Source: a candidate division WOR-3 bacterium
GTDB lineage: Bacteria > Hydrothermota > Tepidihabitantia > Tepidihabitantales > JAOUPE01
Direction: 5' to 3'
NCBI GenBank assembly: GCA_039801565.1
Contig: JBDRUX010000003.1
Span: 1 to 56,357 of the forward strand
Length of the DNA stretch: 56,357 nucleotides
The notes beneath the pieces were generated by a model. The model was not told the DNA's origin, did no database searches, and saw only the letters and a list, made by a program, of their open reading frames with translations. Made by a program: the position numbers and the translations under genes. This document shows positions 32,773-42,784 of the stretch, piece by piece. Position 1 is the stretch's first letter. Each line of letters starts with the position of its first letter.

Positions 32773-33197
32773 TGATTCGAAACTATTTTGTCGGCTTATT
32801 CAATTTAAGTTGGAAAATCTTTGCCATTCTTTTCGCTGTCTTCTTGATTTTAGAATTGGTCCAGCGGTTTGGTTTATTAACTAAGGGCTATAAGAAAATT
32901 GCCCGTTACTTTCGATTTTTCGGCTTTAGCCAAGATGCTGTTGCCCCGCTTTTAGCCGGAATTTTCTTTGGTATAATTTATGGCGCCGGAGTTATTTCGG
33001 ATTTGATAAAGCAACGGGCATTAAATAAAAGACAGGTTTTGTTAGTTTCGGTCTTCTTGGGAATGTGTCATGCGATTGTGGAAGATACTGGATTATTCCT
33101 GGTCTTAGGAGCCAATCTTTTTTGGCTTACCCTGCCGCGTTTGGTTATTGCCGGCGGTGTTACTTTTCTCACTAATAAACTATTTCCCCAAAACTAA
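32772..33197 (+). CDS. Nucleoside-recognition (gate) domain membrane protein, part 2
   Basis: ATG 32772 (MIRNYF...) overlaps the upstream TAA and is preferred over track start 32613, which lies inside the previous gene. Confidence 0.45.
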   Translation: MIRNYFVGLFNLSWKIFAILFAVFLILELVQRFGLLTKGYKKIARYFRFFGFSQDAVAPLLAGIFFGIIYGAGVISDLIKQRALNKRQVLLVSVFLGMCHAIVEDTGLFLVLGANLFWLTLPRLVIAGGVTFLTNKLFPQN

Positions 33198-33215
33198 CAA
33201 AAATCAATTCTCACT

Positions 33216-34550
33216 TTATACGGATAGTTCAAACTGGTAATTTTTTAAAAGTTCGGTAGTATCTTTGGTGTGATGAAGCATCTTTTTGTAAGATAGGTTA
33301 ATAATCATTAATGGAATACCAATTGTCAACCAATTGGGCCAAGTATTAAGAAAACGTGTGAGGATTGAGGAATAAGAATAAAATTGATACCAGCACCAAT
33401 CCAATCCTTCTTGGAGTTCTTCCACGGTCATATTCTTCGGTTTAAAGACGGTTCTGCCACAAGTATATAGTCGCCAGTCATAGGAGATAATTCGATTCTC
33501 TTCTTGTAATCTTTTTTGCAAGGCGGTGCCGGGATAAGGTGTCAAGACACCAAAGGAAGCAACTGCTAATTTATTTTCTTTAGCAAATTCCAAGGTTCTT
33601 TCAAATACGCTCTTATCGTCCGAGTCGAGACCAAAGATAAAAGAACCCTCAATTAAAATGCCATGGTCGTGAATCTTTTTAATCTTTTCCCGCATCAAAT
33701 TGGCTTTCTGGTATTTTTTGTTTACTTCTTTTAGACCCTGGTCGCTAACCGATTCCAAACCAATAAAGACTCCTTTACAGCCACTCTTTTCGGCTAAAGT
33801 TAAAAGTTCGTCGTCATCGGCTAAGGTGAGCGATGCCTGACCTAACCATTTAATTTTTAATGGAATTAAAGCCCGAAACAGTTCTTTAGCGTATTCCCGA
33901 TTGCCGACGATATTATCATCCAAAAAACCGATAAATTTAGAATTGGTCTGTTCAATTTCACTAAGTACCGATTTCACTGGTCGGGTTCGGAAAGTGCGTC
34001 CAGAAAATAAATTGGCGGAGCAAAAGGTACAATCAAATGGACATCCCCGAGTCGTCTGTAAAAGTGAAGTGATTAGATAACCTTTTCTTCGGAATAATTC
34101 TCTCTTTGGAAATGGGATATTTGCTGGATCGACGAGTCCTTTGGCTTGGTAGCAAGGTTTTAGTTCTTGTTTTTTGAAATCTTCAATTATCTGCTGCCAG
34201 ACCAGTTCAACTTCACCAATCACCACTGAATCGCAATAGCGCAAGGCTTCGTTAGGAAGGATTGAAGGATGAATTCCACCCAGGATTACTTTTGCTCCTC
34301 GTTTTCGGAATTCGGTAGCAATCTTATAGGCACGGGGTGCGGTAGGAGTCATTGCGGTAATTCCAACCAAATCTGCCCCGTCGTCAAAATTTATCTCTTC
34401 TAAGTTCTCGTCAATGTAATGAATCTCAAATTCCTTTGGGGTCAAAGCAGCAATAATCCCGAGGGAAAGCTGAGGAAGACGAAAAGCCTTGCCTTTCATC
34501 TTGCGTTTTTTTTCATCCTCCCAGGTCGGGACGATTAAATCCAATCTCAT
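33216..34550 (-). CDS. B12-binding-domain radical SAM protein
   Basis: CPFDCTFC (CxxxCxxC) cluster motif. The N-terminus is cobalamin-binding-like (LVGITAMTP...KVILGGIHPS). Confidence 0.8.
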   Translation of the reverse strand: MRLDLIVPTWEDEKKRKMKGKAFRLPQLSLGIIAALTPKEFEIHYIDENLEEINFDDGADLVGITAMTPTAPRAYKIATEFRKRGAKVILGGIHPSILPNEALRYCDSVVIGEVELVWQQIIEDFKKQELKPCYQAKGLVDPANIPFPKRELFRRKGYLITSLLQTTRGCPFDCTFCSANLFSGRTFRTRPVKSVLSEIEQTNSKFIGFLDDNIVGNREYAKELFRALIPLKIKWLGQASLTLADDDELLTLAEKSGCKGVFIGLESVSDQGLKEVNKKYQKANLMREKIKKIHDHGILIEGSFIFGLDSDDKSVFERTLEFAKENKLAVASFGVLTPYPGTALQKRLQEENRIISYDWRLYTCGRTVFKPKNMTVEELQEGLDWCWYQFYSYSSILTRFLNTWPNWLTIGIPLMIINLSYKKMLHHTKDTTELLKNYQFELSV

Positions 34551-35257
34551 GCTCGAGCAATCACTAACCCAAAAACCCCGCTTACCCCATTTTCGAATAG
34601 GGTCTTTGCGGCGGATGCCAGTGTTGCGCCAGTGGTAATCACATCGTCAATTAAAATTACTTTTTTCTGATAAATAACCGAAGCATCCTGGACTCCGAAT
34701 GCCCCTTGCATATTCGATATCCGCTCGGTTATTGCCAGTTTGGTTTGCGACTTTGTATTGCGTTGACGTCTTAAGGCATTAATCAAAGGGATGCCAGTCA
34801 ATTTAGCAATCTCAATCCCTAAAAGCTCGGCTTGGTTAAAACCACGTTCACGTAATCGAGCCGGATGCAAGGGAATCGGGACCAATCCATCGGCTTGTTT
34901 CAAAATCGGGTCGGAATTGATTAATCCGGTTAAGGCTTTACCGAAGATTTTTGCCAGAGATTTTTTGCCCTGATACTTGAAAGCGTGAATCAATGGTAAA
35001 AGCGGATGGGAATAAAATCCTAAAGCCCTGGTCCGAGGCAAAGAAAGTTTTATTTTACAATGCTGGCAACTTTCCTGAAGGCCTAGAGGGAAACCACATC
35101 TTGCACATACCCCTAAGGTTGAACGATTGATTTGGTGAAGACACCGGTCACAAACTAAGCCGGCTGGTATTTCTTGGTTACAAGCAAGGCAAATTGGCGG
35201 AAATAAAAAATCGGCAAACGCCTTAGCTAAATAAACAATTTTACCTTTTAGCCACAC
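34547..35257 (-). CDS. comF: ComF-family phosphoribosyltransferase-domain protein
   Basis: N-terminal Cys-rich zinc-finger pairs. PRTase motif VILIDDVITTGATL. Confidence 0.75.
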   Translation of the reverse strand: MWLKGKIVYLAKAFADFLFPPICLACNQEIPAGLVCDRCLHQINRSTLGVCARCGFPLGLQESCQHCKIKLSLPRTRALGFYSHPLLPLIHAFKYQGKKSLAKIFGKALTGLINSDPILKQADGLVPIPLHPARLRERGFNQAELLGIEIAKLTGIPLINALRRQRNTKSQTKLAITERISNMQGAFGVQDASVIYQKKVILIDDVITTGATLASAAKTLFENGVSGVFGLVIARA

Positions 35258-36023
35258 CGCTCGACTTCTTTGGTTTCAAATAAAATATAAAAGATACTGA
35301 TACAACAATCAAAACTACTGAAATCAACTGGTTAATTAGGAAATTGCCCGTATCTTCATAATAACGGACAAAATCAATCAAAAAGCGATAAAGGGAATAA
35401 AGTGCCATAATGGTAAAAAATAGGACACCCTCCTTCAATTTTTTCTTTTCTAACCAAAGGGAAAGCAAGAATAATGAAAGTCCAGCTAAAGAAGAATAGA
35501 GTTGGGTCGGATGGACAGGGGTATTTTTAAAAATATAACCGGCCGGGCTGTTGGCAGGAAAAACTACCCCCAAGACACAACTGGTCGGTTTGCCAAAACA
35601 GCAGCCATTAAGGAAACAACCAATCCGAGTAAAAAATTCACCTAAGACGATTGCCGGTGCCACTGCATCAAACATTTTGAGGAGTGGGAGCTTTTGACTT
35701 TTAACATAGAAAAGACCCGCTATAATTGCGCTTACCAGTCCACCGTAAAACATCAAGCCAGCCAACCCGCCCCGCCAGAAAGCGATAATGCCGATTAAAT
35801 CATTTCGAAACTCACTCCAATGGAAAATAACATAAAGCAATCTTGCCCCCACGACAACTGCAATTAAAACAACTAAAGCCAAATCCGTGATCTTTTGGGG
35901 ATCAACGCCAAATCGCTTTGCTCGTTGTTCAACAATTTTAATTCCCACCACAAAGGAAATAAAAAGCATTAAACCATAAGAATAAATATTTAAAGAGCCA
36001 AGTCTTAAGATAATGGGTAACAT
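35241..36023 (-). CDS. lgt: Prolipoprotein diacylglyceryl transferase
   Basis: Polytopic protein with RIGCFLNGCCFGKPT and HPTQLY motifs. Confidence 0.85.
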   Translation of the reverse strand: MLPIILRLGSLNIYSYGLMLFISFVVGIKIVEQRAKRFGVDPQKITDLALVVLIAVVVGARLLYVIFHWSEFRNDLIGIIAFWRGGLAGLMFYGGLVSAIIAGLFYVKSQKLPLLKMFDAVAPAIVLGEFFTRIGCFLNGCCFGKPTSCVLGVVFPANSPAGYIFKNTPVHPTQLYSSLAGLSLFLLSLWLEKKKLKEGVLFFTIMALYSLYRFLIDFVRYYEDTGNFLINQLISVVLIVVSVSFIFYLKPKKSSGVAKR

Positions 36024-36073
36024 TTCGAGTTTAAGTCGTTTGAAAAGTTCAAATTGTTCAAATTAACCTTAAA

Positions 36074-36646
36074 TTAACCGCCCTGGCTGCGTTTTTTGAG
36101 AATAAATAGAAATTGGTTGATTTCGTTTTGTTTGACACGAATCTGCCGAATTAATCGCCGTTTTTCTTCTTCAGTCTTCGCAGCTTTAAGCGACCCTATG
36201 GTCGCCTTCGTTTCGTCTAACAGAATCCGGGCAAATCGTAAAGCATCCTTTTCGTCCTTAGTAAAATCTTCGGTCTGGGCGATTCTTTCTAAGGCAGTTA
36301 TTTTTCCTTCCAATTCTGCAAGTTCCTGGCTTATCGCCTCAATATCATCGCCCGGAAGCATTTTTTTCACTTTGGATTGGGGAACATTTAACTGTTGCTT
36401 TGTTGAGTCGCTCTTTCTTGCTAAATAATCGTTACTTTGGTTAACTGGGCTCTTTGGCTTGGGCTGGGTAATTAATAATGCGAAAAGGACAGCCAAGATA
36501 CACCCGCCTAATACTAACGCAACGAAAATGGTATTTTTCCCTAAGAATCGGCTACGGGCTGGGCTCAGGATAAAGTCACTACCACAAGCGAAGCAATGGG
36601 TCTGACCTTTTGCAACTGGTTCACCACATTCTGGACAACGGCGCAT
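36074..36646 (-). CDS. Zinc-ribbon, single-TM, coiled-coil protein; function unknown
   Basis: N-terminal CPECG...CFACG, one TM helix, and a charged helical C-terminus. Confidence 0.5.
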   Translation of the reverse strand: MRRCPECGEPVAKGQTHCFACGSDFILSPARSRFLGKNTIFVALVLGGCILAVLFALLITQPKPKSPVNQSNDYLARKSDSTKQQLNVPQSKVKKMLPGDDIEAISQELAELEGKITALERIAQTEDFTKDEKDALRFARILLDETKATIGSLKAAKTEEEKRRLIRQIRVKQNEINQFLFILKKRSQGG

Positions 36647-36661
36647 TAAATACCGTCGCTT

Positions 36662-37309
36662 CTATCTTCTAACCCGATACTCTAACAACTCTTCTTCCCA
36701 ATCGAGGTCGCTATCAGAATACTCTGAATATTTAACAATACCGACACCCGGTGCATAATAAATCACTTTTGATTCCTCACTCTCTGGGTTATTGTAACAT
36801 ATTTGATAGACATCCTTAAAATTTCCTGCTAAGACCGAGAAATTGTCCTCAAATGTAACAACTCGGGCGATAACTTGTTCTTCGTCAACATAAAAAGTCC
36901 AAGTACTATCAACACCTAATGGAAATTTAAGATAGACATAAGGGTCTTCGTCCAAATCTTCATAATATAAAACTACCGTATCATTAACTAAGATATAGTT
37001 TGTATCTTGGCTGATTCGTTGGTTAGTCGAATCGTAATAGGTTTTAATCCAATTCTGAAATGTGGTAGTTTCGGTTCGAGTCGTTCCAGAAAATTCCCGG
37101 ATGATATAACCTGAAGTGCCGAATACTTTATATTTCCACCAATTACCATTGCGATTGGGGAAGTAATCTCCATCCTTTACTGGTCGGTGACAACTAAATA
37201 TTGTAAAAGTGATAAGACTGAGAATCAATTTCTTTTTTAGATTATGCTTCACAGGAATTTTGGGTTCGTGATACATGGTTCGAGGTTTACTTTTGCTGCT
37301 AATAGACAT
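36662..37309 (-). CDS. Putative lipoprotein; function unknown
   Basis: Hydrophobic leader ending in the lipobox-like ITFTIFSC. No recognisable domain. Confidence 0.45.
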   Translation of the reverse strand: MSISSKSKPRTMYHEPKIPVKHNLKKKLILSLITFTIFSCHRPVKDGDYFPNRNGNWWKYKVFGTSGYIIREFSGTTRTETTTFQNWIKTYYDSTNQRISQDTNYILVNDTVVLYYEDLDEDPYVYLKFPLGVDSTWTFYVDEEQVIARVVTFEDNFSVLAGNFKDVYQICYNNPESEESKVIYYAPGVGIVKYSEYSDSDLDWEEELLEYRVRR

Positions 37310-37357
37310 TTTTTAATTATAATAAAATTTATCTTTGCGTCAATCAGAAACTCAAGA

Positions 37358-38284
37358 TTAATTCTCACTCTTAAGGATTTTTTCTGCTTGTTTTATATCC
37401 TTTGCAATTTGCGAAGCCAGGGCAGTGATATTTTCAAATTTTTGTTCGGAGCGGATTCGGTCAACCAATTCAATTTTCAATTTTGCCCCGTATAAATTCG
37501 ATTTTGGCGGATTAAGCAGGGTGGCTTCGATTGTTCGGACATCGCCACTAAAAGTTGGTCGACAGCCAATATTCATTGCGCCGGGATATCTTTTACCCTG
37601 ATAAACAACATAAACTGCGTAAACCCCATCCATTGGAATTAACTTTTTAGTTTCGCTAACCATAAGATTGACTGTAGGGAAACCAATCAATTTACCAATT
37701 CCTAAGCCTTTAGTTACTTTGCCACTGATTGAGTAGTTTCGTCCCAATAAACGGTTAGCGGTCTTTATATCGCCTAAAAGCAATCGTTCTCGGATTCGAG
37801 TACTCTTAATTGGTTCTCCCCGATAAAGACACTCCGAAACGACCAAAAGTTTAAATCCAAATTTCTTTGCTAAAATTTTGAGTAGTTCGACATCGCCTCT
37901 TCCTTCGCTACCGAAGCGATGGTCATAGCCAACAACGATTTTTGTGGGATGAATTGTTTCGATGATTTGTGTTTTAATAAACTCGGTAGGTGCTAATGAC
38001 TGAATTTTTTTGTTGAAATTGATTAAGTAAAGAAAATCTAGTCCTAATTGACTCAGGATTTCTTTTTTCTCATTAAAGGTTGTTAAAATGTAATGAAACT
38101 CGGGATGAATCACTTGTTGAGGAATTGGGTCAAATGTGACCAGTCCGCAAGCACAACCTTGGGATTTTGCAACCGCAATTGTCTTAGCAATTACTGCTTG
38201 GTGACCGAGATGGATACCGTCATAACTACCAATTGTAATTACAGAATTTTCAATTGCCCTATTTGGTTTTCGGTAAATCCGCAT
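37358..38284 (-). CDS. ribF: Bifunctional riboflavin kinase / FAD synthetase
   Basis: VITIGSYDGIHLGHQAV nucleotidyltransferase motif. The C-terminal riboflavin kinase segment is GFPTVN... Confidence 0.9.
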   Translation of the reverse strand: MRIYRKPNRAIENSVITIGSYDGIHLGHQAVIAKTIAVAKSQGCACGLVTFDPIPQQVIHPEFHYILTTFNEKKEILSQLGLDFLYLINFNKKIQSLAPTEFIKTQIIETIHPTKIVVGYDHRFGSEGRGDVELLKILAKKFGFKLLVVSECLYRGEPIKSTRIRERLLLGDIKTANRLLGRNYSISGKVTKGLGIGKLIGFPTVNLMVSETKKLIPMDGVYAVYVVYQGKRYPGAMNIGCRPTFSGDVRTIEATLLNPPKSNLYGAKLKIELVDRIRSEQKFENITALASQIAKDIKQAEKILKSEN

Positions 38285-39215
38285 AAATTAATCGAATCGG
38301 CTTTAAGAAACCATTGATTTGGTTTGCAATCACCATTATTGTTCCTGCTTCGTCAACCAATTTCACTTTGGCAAATGAAGGGACGCTATTCTTACTGATA
38401 AGTTCTAGCGAATGATTTATAATATCGGAATTTTTAATTGGCTGTCCTTTAAGTACTTTACTAATTGCCGAATTTCGCACACAAACTGTAGCAAGATTGG
38501 ACAAGGCGCTACTAATTGGACATAGATTATCTTTAATTTTTTCTATTGTTAGCGAAGTTAAATCTAAGGAATTTTCTAATTGGAAATCGCCGATTTTGGT
38601 TCGGGTTAAATTAACAAGGGTAGCGTATGAACCCAATCTTTCGCCAATATCCCGAGCTAATGCCCGAAGATAGGTTCCTTTGGAAACTACCGCCCGAATT
38701 CTCAAAATTGGCAAAGTAAATTCTATTAACTCTAATTCATCAATTCTAACCGTACGGGGTTTAGGGATGACGAATTGGTTAGACCGAGCCAATTCATAAA
38801 GTCGCTTTCCTTGTTGGCGTAAAGCTGAATAAACCGGAGGGACTTGATTAATCTCACCGACAAATTCGGCTAAGATTGCTGAAACTTTTTGTGTAGTAAA
38901 GCGGTTTCGTCGCAAATCCTTTTGGGCAAGCACCTTGCCAGTAACATCATCCGTATCGGTTTTGACACCTAATTTTATTTCGGCAATGTATTCTTTTTTT
39001 AGGTCAACAAGATACGACGCAATCTTCGTTGCCTCATTAAATAAGATTAGTAGAACTCCATTGGCAATCGGGTCTAATGTTCCAGCATGGCCGATTTTGA
39101 AATTACTAATTTTGCTATCTAAGAGGAGTTTTTTTATCCGCCGAATTACATCGTAAGAAGTTATACCAGCTGGCTTATTGATATTCAAGACACCGCGAAA
39201 AACGTTCCCTTGCAT
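38259..39215 (-). CDS. truB: tRNA pseudouridine(55) synthase
   Basis: GHAGTLDPIANGVL catalytic Asp motif. Placed between rbfA and ribF. Confidence 0.9.
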   Translation of the reverse strand: MQGNVFRGVLNINKPAGITSYDVIRRIKKLLLDSKISNFKIGHAGTLDPIANGVLLILFNEATKIASYLVDLKKEYIAEIKLGVKTDTDDVTGKVLAQKDLRRNRFTTQKVSAILAEFVGEINQVPPVYSALRQQGKRLYELARSNQFVIPKPRTVRIDELELIEFTLPILRIRAVVSKGTYLRALARDIGERLGSYATLVNLTRTKIGDFQLENSLDLTSLTIEKIKDNLCPISSALSNLATVCVRNSAISKVLKGQPIKNSDIINHSLELISKNSVPSFAKVKLVDEAGTIMVIANQINGFLKPIRLIYADLPKTK

Positions 39216-39258
39216 CCTGAAATCGGTTAAATGATCATTAAACTTAAACCCTGAAAAT

Positions 39259-39678
39259 TTAATCCAAGTTATTCACATCATCTTCGTCATTTAAAATTCC
39301 GCTAGCAGATTCACTTGTTTGGTCAAGGTTTGGTTTGGAATTAGGAAAAAGTTCATCCAAGATCTTACCAACCCTTTCCTCGGCTTGAAGGATAGTATCA
39401 ATCTCAAAACTGAGTTCGGGCAGATAACGCAGTGCTACCTGCTTGGTGAGCAAATGTCGAATGCGGCCTTTGGCACGATTCAAATGGCCGAAAACTCGTT
39501 CCTGTTGATCCTTGTCACCCAAAATCGAAAAATAGACCGTTGCATTCTTTAAATCGGCACTAACACTAGCTCGGGTTACGGCAACAAAACCGAAGTTAGG
39601 GTCTTGCAGGTCTTTTAATAAAATATTGGCAACTGCCTCTTTTATTATTTTGGCGATTCGACGATTGCGATAACTCAT
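39259..39678 (-). CDS. rbfA: Ribosome-binding factor A
   Basis: Size, the N-terminal RRIAKIIKEAVANILLKDLQDP segment, and rbfA-truB synteny. Confidence 0.8.
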   Translation of the reverse strand: MSYRNRRIAKIIKEAVANILLKDLQDPNFGFVAVTRASVSADLKNATVYFSILGDKDQQERVFGHLNRAKGRIRHLLTKQVALRYLPELSFEIDTILQAEERVGKILDELFPNSKPNLDQTSESASGILNDEDDVNNLD

Positions 39679-39793
39679 AGTTTGTCCTTTTATTAATATA
39701 TTACAGAAGTTATTTACAATTGTAAAGTAAAATAACCAAAGAGGGTAAAATTGGATTTAAAATTTTCTCATTTCGTCCTTGAACAAAAAGGAT

Positions 39794-39828
39794 GAGGATG
39801 ATAGGGAGAGGGTGGCCCTATCATCCTC
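39794..39828 (-). terminator. Perfect 13-bp stem / 9-nt loop hairpin followed by a T-tract on the minus strand
   Basis: gaggatgataggg (39794-39806) pairs with ccctatcatcctc (39816-39828). Minus-strand reading continues ...atcctttttgtt. Confidence 0.5.
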
Positions 39829-40232
39829 GGTTGAGGAGCAGGAAGTAGGGGAATTCGGGGTATTTGCTCCTTGCTTTGGGTAGGTAATTCAAATTTTTGA
39901 TGTCCTACTCACTAATTACCAATTTTTAAAGAACAAACCCTCTATGGATCTCTCTGCCTCCTTCAATTTTATTAATATTAAACCCGTCCGCCTGTAACAA
40001 AGCCACTATATCGAAAATTGTTAGATTATCACAAAATTGTTGGTATTTTCGGGTCTTTTGCTCTGCCATTCACACCTCTATAAACATTATAATCAAAAAA
40101 TCAAAAATGTCAAGCATTTTTTGATGTGGTTGTCCTTGATTGTTGGAAATCTGCTAAACTACCGATCGTTATTCGCTAACTGCTAAAATGGCTAGTGCGA
40201 TGTAAACGCAGTAGGCAAATTAAGGGTTTAAA

Positions 40233-41237
40233 TTATTTGGTCTTGACTATTGCTTTAGTCTTGAAGTCAGAACCAATGTTAATATGAACGAAATAAATCC
40301 CAGCACTAACTGCTCTACCTAAATTGTCTTTACCATCCCAAATAAAATAACCGTCAGCGGTTTGAACCAAATCGTTTTTTACCAAATTACCCTGGTTGTT
40401 ATAAATCTTAATAGCCACCTTATTTTTCGGAATGGTAGCACAAAAGATTCTTGTTTTGAAACGGAACGGGTTGGGAAATACGGTCAGCTCAACCGTATTA
40501 AGATTACAATTGGAGTTATCATCAAGATTGATCAAGCCGGTCAAATAATTCATATAACGCGCCATCAGTTCATTTCGGGTATTAGTTATCTCTTGTAAGG
40601 CACCAAAAATTAGGGTTGAGTGAACAGCTCGGTAATTATTGCTCGGTCCGCTATAACTTACTGCCCGTCCGGAATCGTTTTGACACCGAAAGAAAATTGT
40701 GCCTCCACTTGCCTCGATTACATCAACATAATGGTCAGGACCTTGTTGAAAGAGATAATTGAAATTCAATCCGTCAGCAATTGTTCCGGATTGTCCGGAA
40801 ACCGAGCTAACATTTCCATAAAAAGAGGTACTACCGTTGCTAAGAAAGTTACAGCCGAAATAGGAATAGATTGGAGTATTTGAGTTTTCGGAACCGAAGT
40901 CAACCCCTTCAATGTAAAGTCCTTTGCCGGTTTGTAAAAACTCAATTAATCGGTCTTGCTCCGCCGGAGCAATTCTTGAACCATCCCCTCAACACCGAAA
41001 CCAACCAAGTGTAACAAAAACGACATCATAGGGCGTTAAGTCAATTGGTAAATAGGGATAGATTTCAAGAGTATGACCATTATCAAATAAAGCCTTCTTT
41101 AGCCAATGCGGACAATCAATCGATTCGGCTAAAACCGGGTCATAAAAGATATCTAAGGTGTCATATTCCCAAATTAAGACGTGGGCTGAATAAATCATTA
41201 GTGGGGCGGATAAAAGAATTAATATTACTTTTTCCAT
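40233..41237 (-). pseudogene. T9SS-sorted secreted protein gene interrupted by one in-frame TGA at 40989-40991 (pseudogene or recoded gene)
   Basis: ORFs 40989-41237 (with signal peptide) and 40233-40769 (with CTD) are in the same frame. The intervening 40770-40988 has no other stop and reads GDGSRIAPAEQDRLIEFLQTGKGLYIEGVDFG. The C-part has no ATG or RBS. Confidence 0.6.
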
Positions 41238-41285
41238 TTAGCCTCCAATTTTTGTTATCTGACTCAAAGTGTCGTTAAACACGGG

Positions 41286-42140
41286 TCAAGGCAGCGTCGG
41301 GACAACTCTTTTACCCCGAGCCTTACCGGGCGTATTATCAAAAACCTCAATGATATGATAGATAACACCGATTGATTGACGAGGTGATTCGCCATGAAAA
41401 TAGTCGTGAATTCGGTTAATGTATTCAATAACATCCTTTTCGTATTCGGTTAATTTTGGGTCATTGGGATGTAATAACTGAGTGATGCATCTTAACTCAT
41501 AAGAAGGAAAGTCTAAAAAGACAATACTAACCCCGGGGTCGGTCATCTGATTTAAAAAAGTATGAGTTTCGAACTCAGGAGTTGCATATAGTTCTAAAGA
41601 TACCTGTTTGGTTCGGTCGAATATCGTTTTGCCATTGTTGTATAAACTCTCAAGAATTACCAGTTTTCGACTAATACTATCGTTAAAAGTTGCAGTCAAT
41701 AGCGCAAGTATTTCTTTTAATTTTTCTGGCTTGGGCAGAAAGCCCATCCCTTTCACCGCACAGTTAATCGTAAATTTAGAATCGAGCCGCTGCGAGCCAT
41801 GACTTGCTACCATACCGTTATGAGCACCCGCCAGATCAGGCATTTCGTTTTTTCGCGCTCTTTCCACGGTTTCTAAACGACGTTTGATACTCCACTCCAG
41901 AAATTTATCTGGTAATTCTCGAATTGTAAATTCCTGCCATTTACCATCGACCTTAGCTTTGATTATTCCCTTATCGTAATTCTTTAAATCAATATTGGTC
42001 TGACGAAAATAATCTTTTCCGTCCCCAGTTTTGAGCCAGTAATTTACCTTAGAATGTTCCAAATTTTTAGCTTTTTCCATTTGTGCCATCGTTATTGTAA
42101 CGGATATTAAAATTGTTATTGTAATGAAAACCTTTTTCAT
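41286..42140 (-). CDS. Secreted hypothetical protein
   Basis: Signal peptide MKKVFITITILISVTITMA. No domain recognised. Confidence 0.5.
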   Translation of the reverse strand: MKKVFITITILISVTITMAQMEKAKNLEHSKVNYWLKTGDGKDYFRQTNIDLKNYDKGIIKAKVDGKWQEFTIRELPDKFLEWSIKRRLETVERARKNEMPDLAGAHNGMVASHGSQRLDSKFTINCAVKGMGFLPKPEKLKEILALLTATFNDSISRKLVILESLYNNGKTIFDRTKQVSLELYATPEFETHTFLNQMTDPGVSIVFLDFPSYELRCITQLLHPNDPKLTEYEKDVIEYINRIHDYFHGESPRQSIGVIYHIIEVFDNTPGKARGKRVVPTLP

Positions 42141-42201
42141 TCGTTGCCTCCATTTTTATTAAATTTATTAAATTATAATTGTAAAAGTAATCAGAGTCAA
42201 T

Positions 42202-42642
42202 TTAGTTTATCTGCGATGATACTCCCGCATTGTTTTCGGAAATTTTTTCGACAATTGTTGGTAAAAAGTTTTCCTTTTTGCTTAACCGGGTATCAATTAT
42301 TTTCACAAAAACCAACGCTAACAGAAGACCGCTACCGCCCAAGATTATCGCCAATCTGTCCCCGTCAATAATCTCACCAAGGATGATCCCAATCAGTAAC
42401 CCAAGAATTGGCAAACCGAAAACTAATAAAAAAGATGTAGTTCTTGACTTTTCTTTAATTTCAATTTTTACCAAATCGCCAACTTGAGCATTGATTGGAT
42501 TGCTTGCCAAAACGATTTTAGTTTTCGACCCCAGCGCGGCACAAATCGATGCTGATACGCAAGAACCGCATATTGAAGTTGGCACCACTTCCACCTTGGC
42601 GCCTTCAGCAGTTATCTCGACAATTCTACCATTCTCTTCCAT
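42202..42642 (-). CDS. RseC/MucC-family (SoxR-reducing-system-like) membrane protein
   Basis: GRIVEITAEGAKVEVVPTSICGSCVSASICAA followed by two TM helices. Met at 42642 (MEENGRIV) is preferred over track start 42705. Confidence 0.6.
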   Translation of the reverse strand: MEENGRIVEITAEGAKVEVVPTSICGSCVSASICAALGSKTKIVLASNPINAQVGDLVKIEIKEKSRTTSFLLVFGLPILGLLIGIILGEIIDGDRLAIILGGSGLLLALVFVKIIDTRLSKKENFLPTIVEKISENNAGVSSQIN

Positions 42643-42731
42643 AAGTTTAGTTATAATAATGATACCGCCTTTACTCCGAATTGTCAAATGGAAAGCAAAT
42701 TGCATTTATCAACTTATTCAAAATTGAATCC

Positions 42732-42759
42732 TTGACTTGGAATCAAAAAAAATTATTAT
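42732..42759 (+). promoter_or_regulatory. Candidate promoter TTGACT-16 nt-TATTAT upstream of the second C25 gene
   Basis: TTGACT at 42732-42737 and TATTAT at 42754-42759. GGAGG RBS before ATG 42785. Confidence 0.4.
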
Positions 42760-42784
42760 TTATCGAAACGGACTGGAGGTATAG

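Noticed and set aside
40989-40991. Genome-wide UGA reassignment (code 4 or code 25) as the explanation for in-frame TGAs at 40989 and in the XRE remnant
   Set aside because: Conserved genes of normal length end at TGA (gpsA at 6436-6438, the C25 gene at 3333-3335, and the membrane gene at 10249-10251). TGA therefore functions as a stop here.
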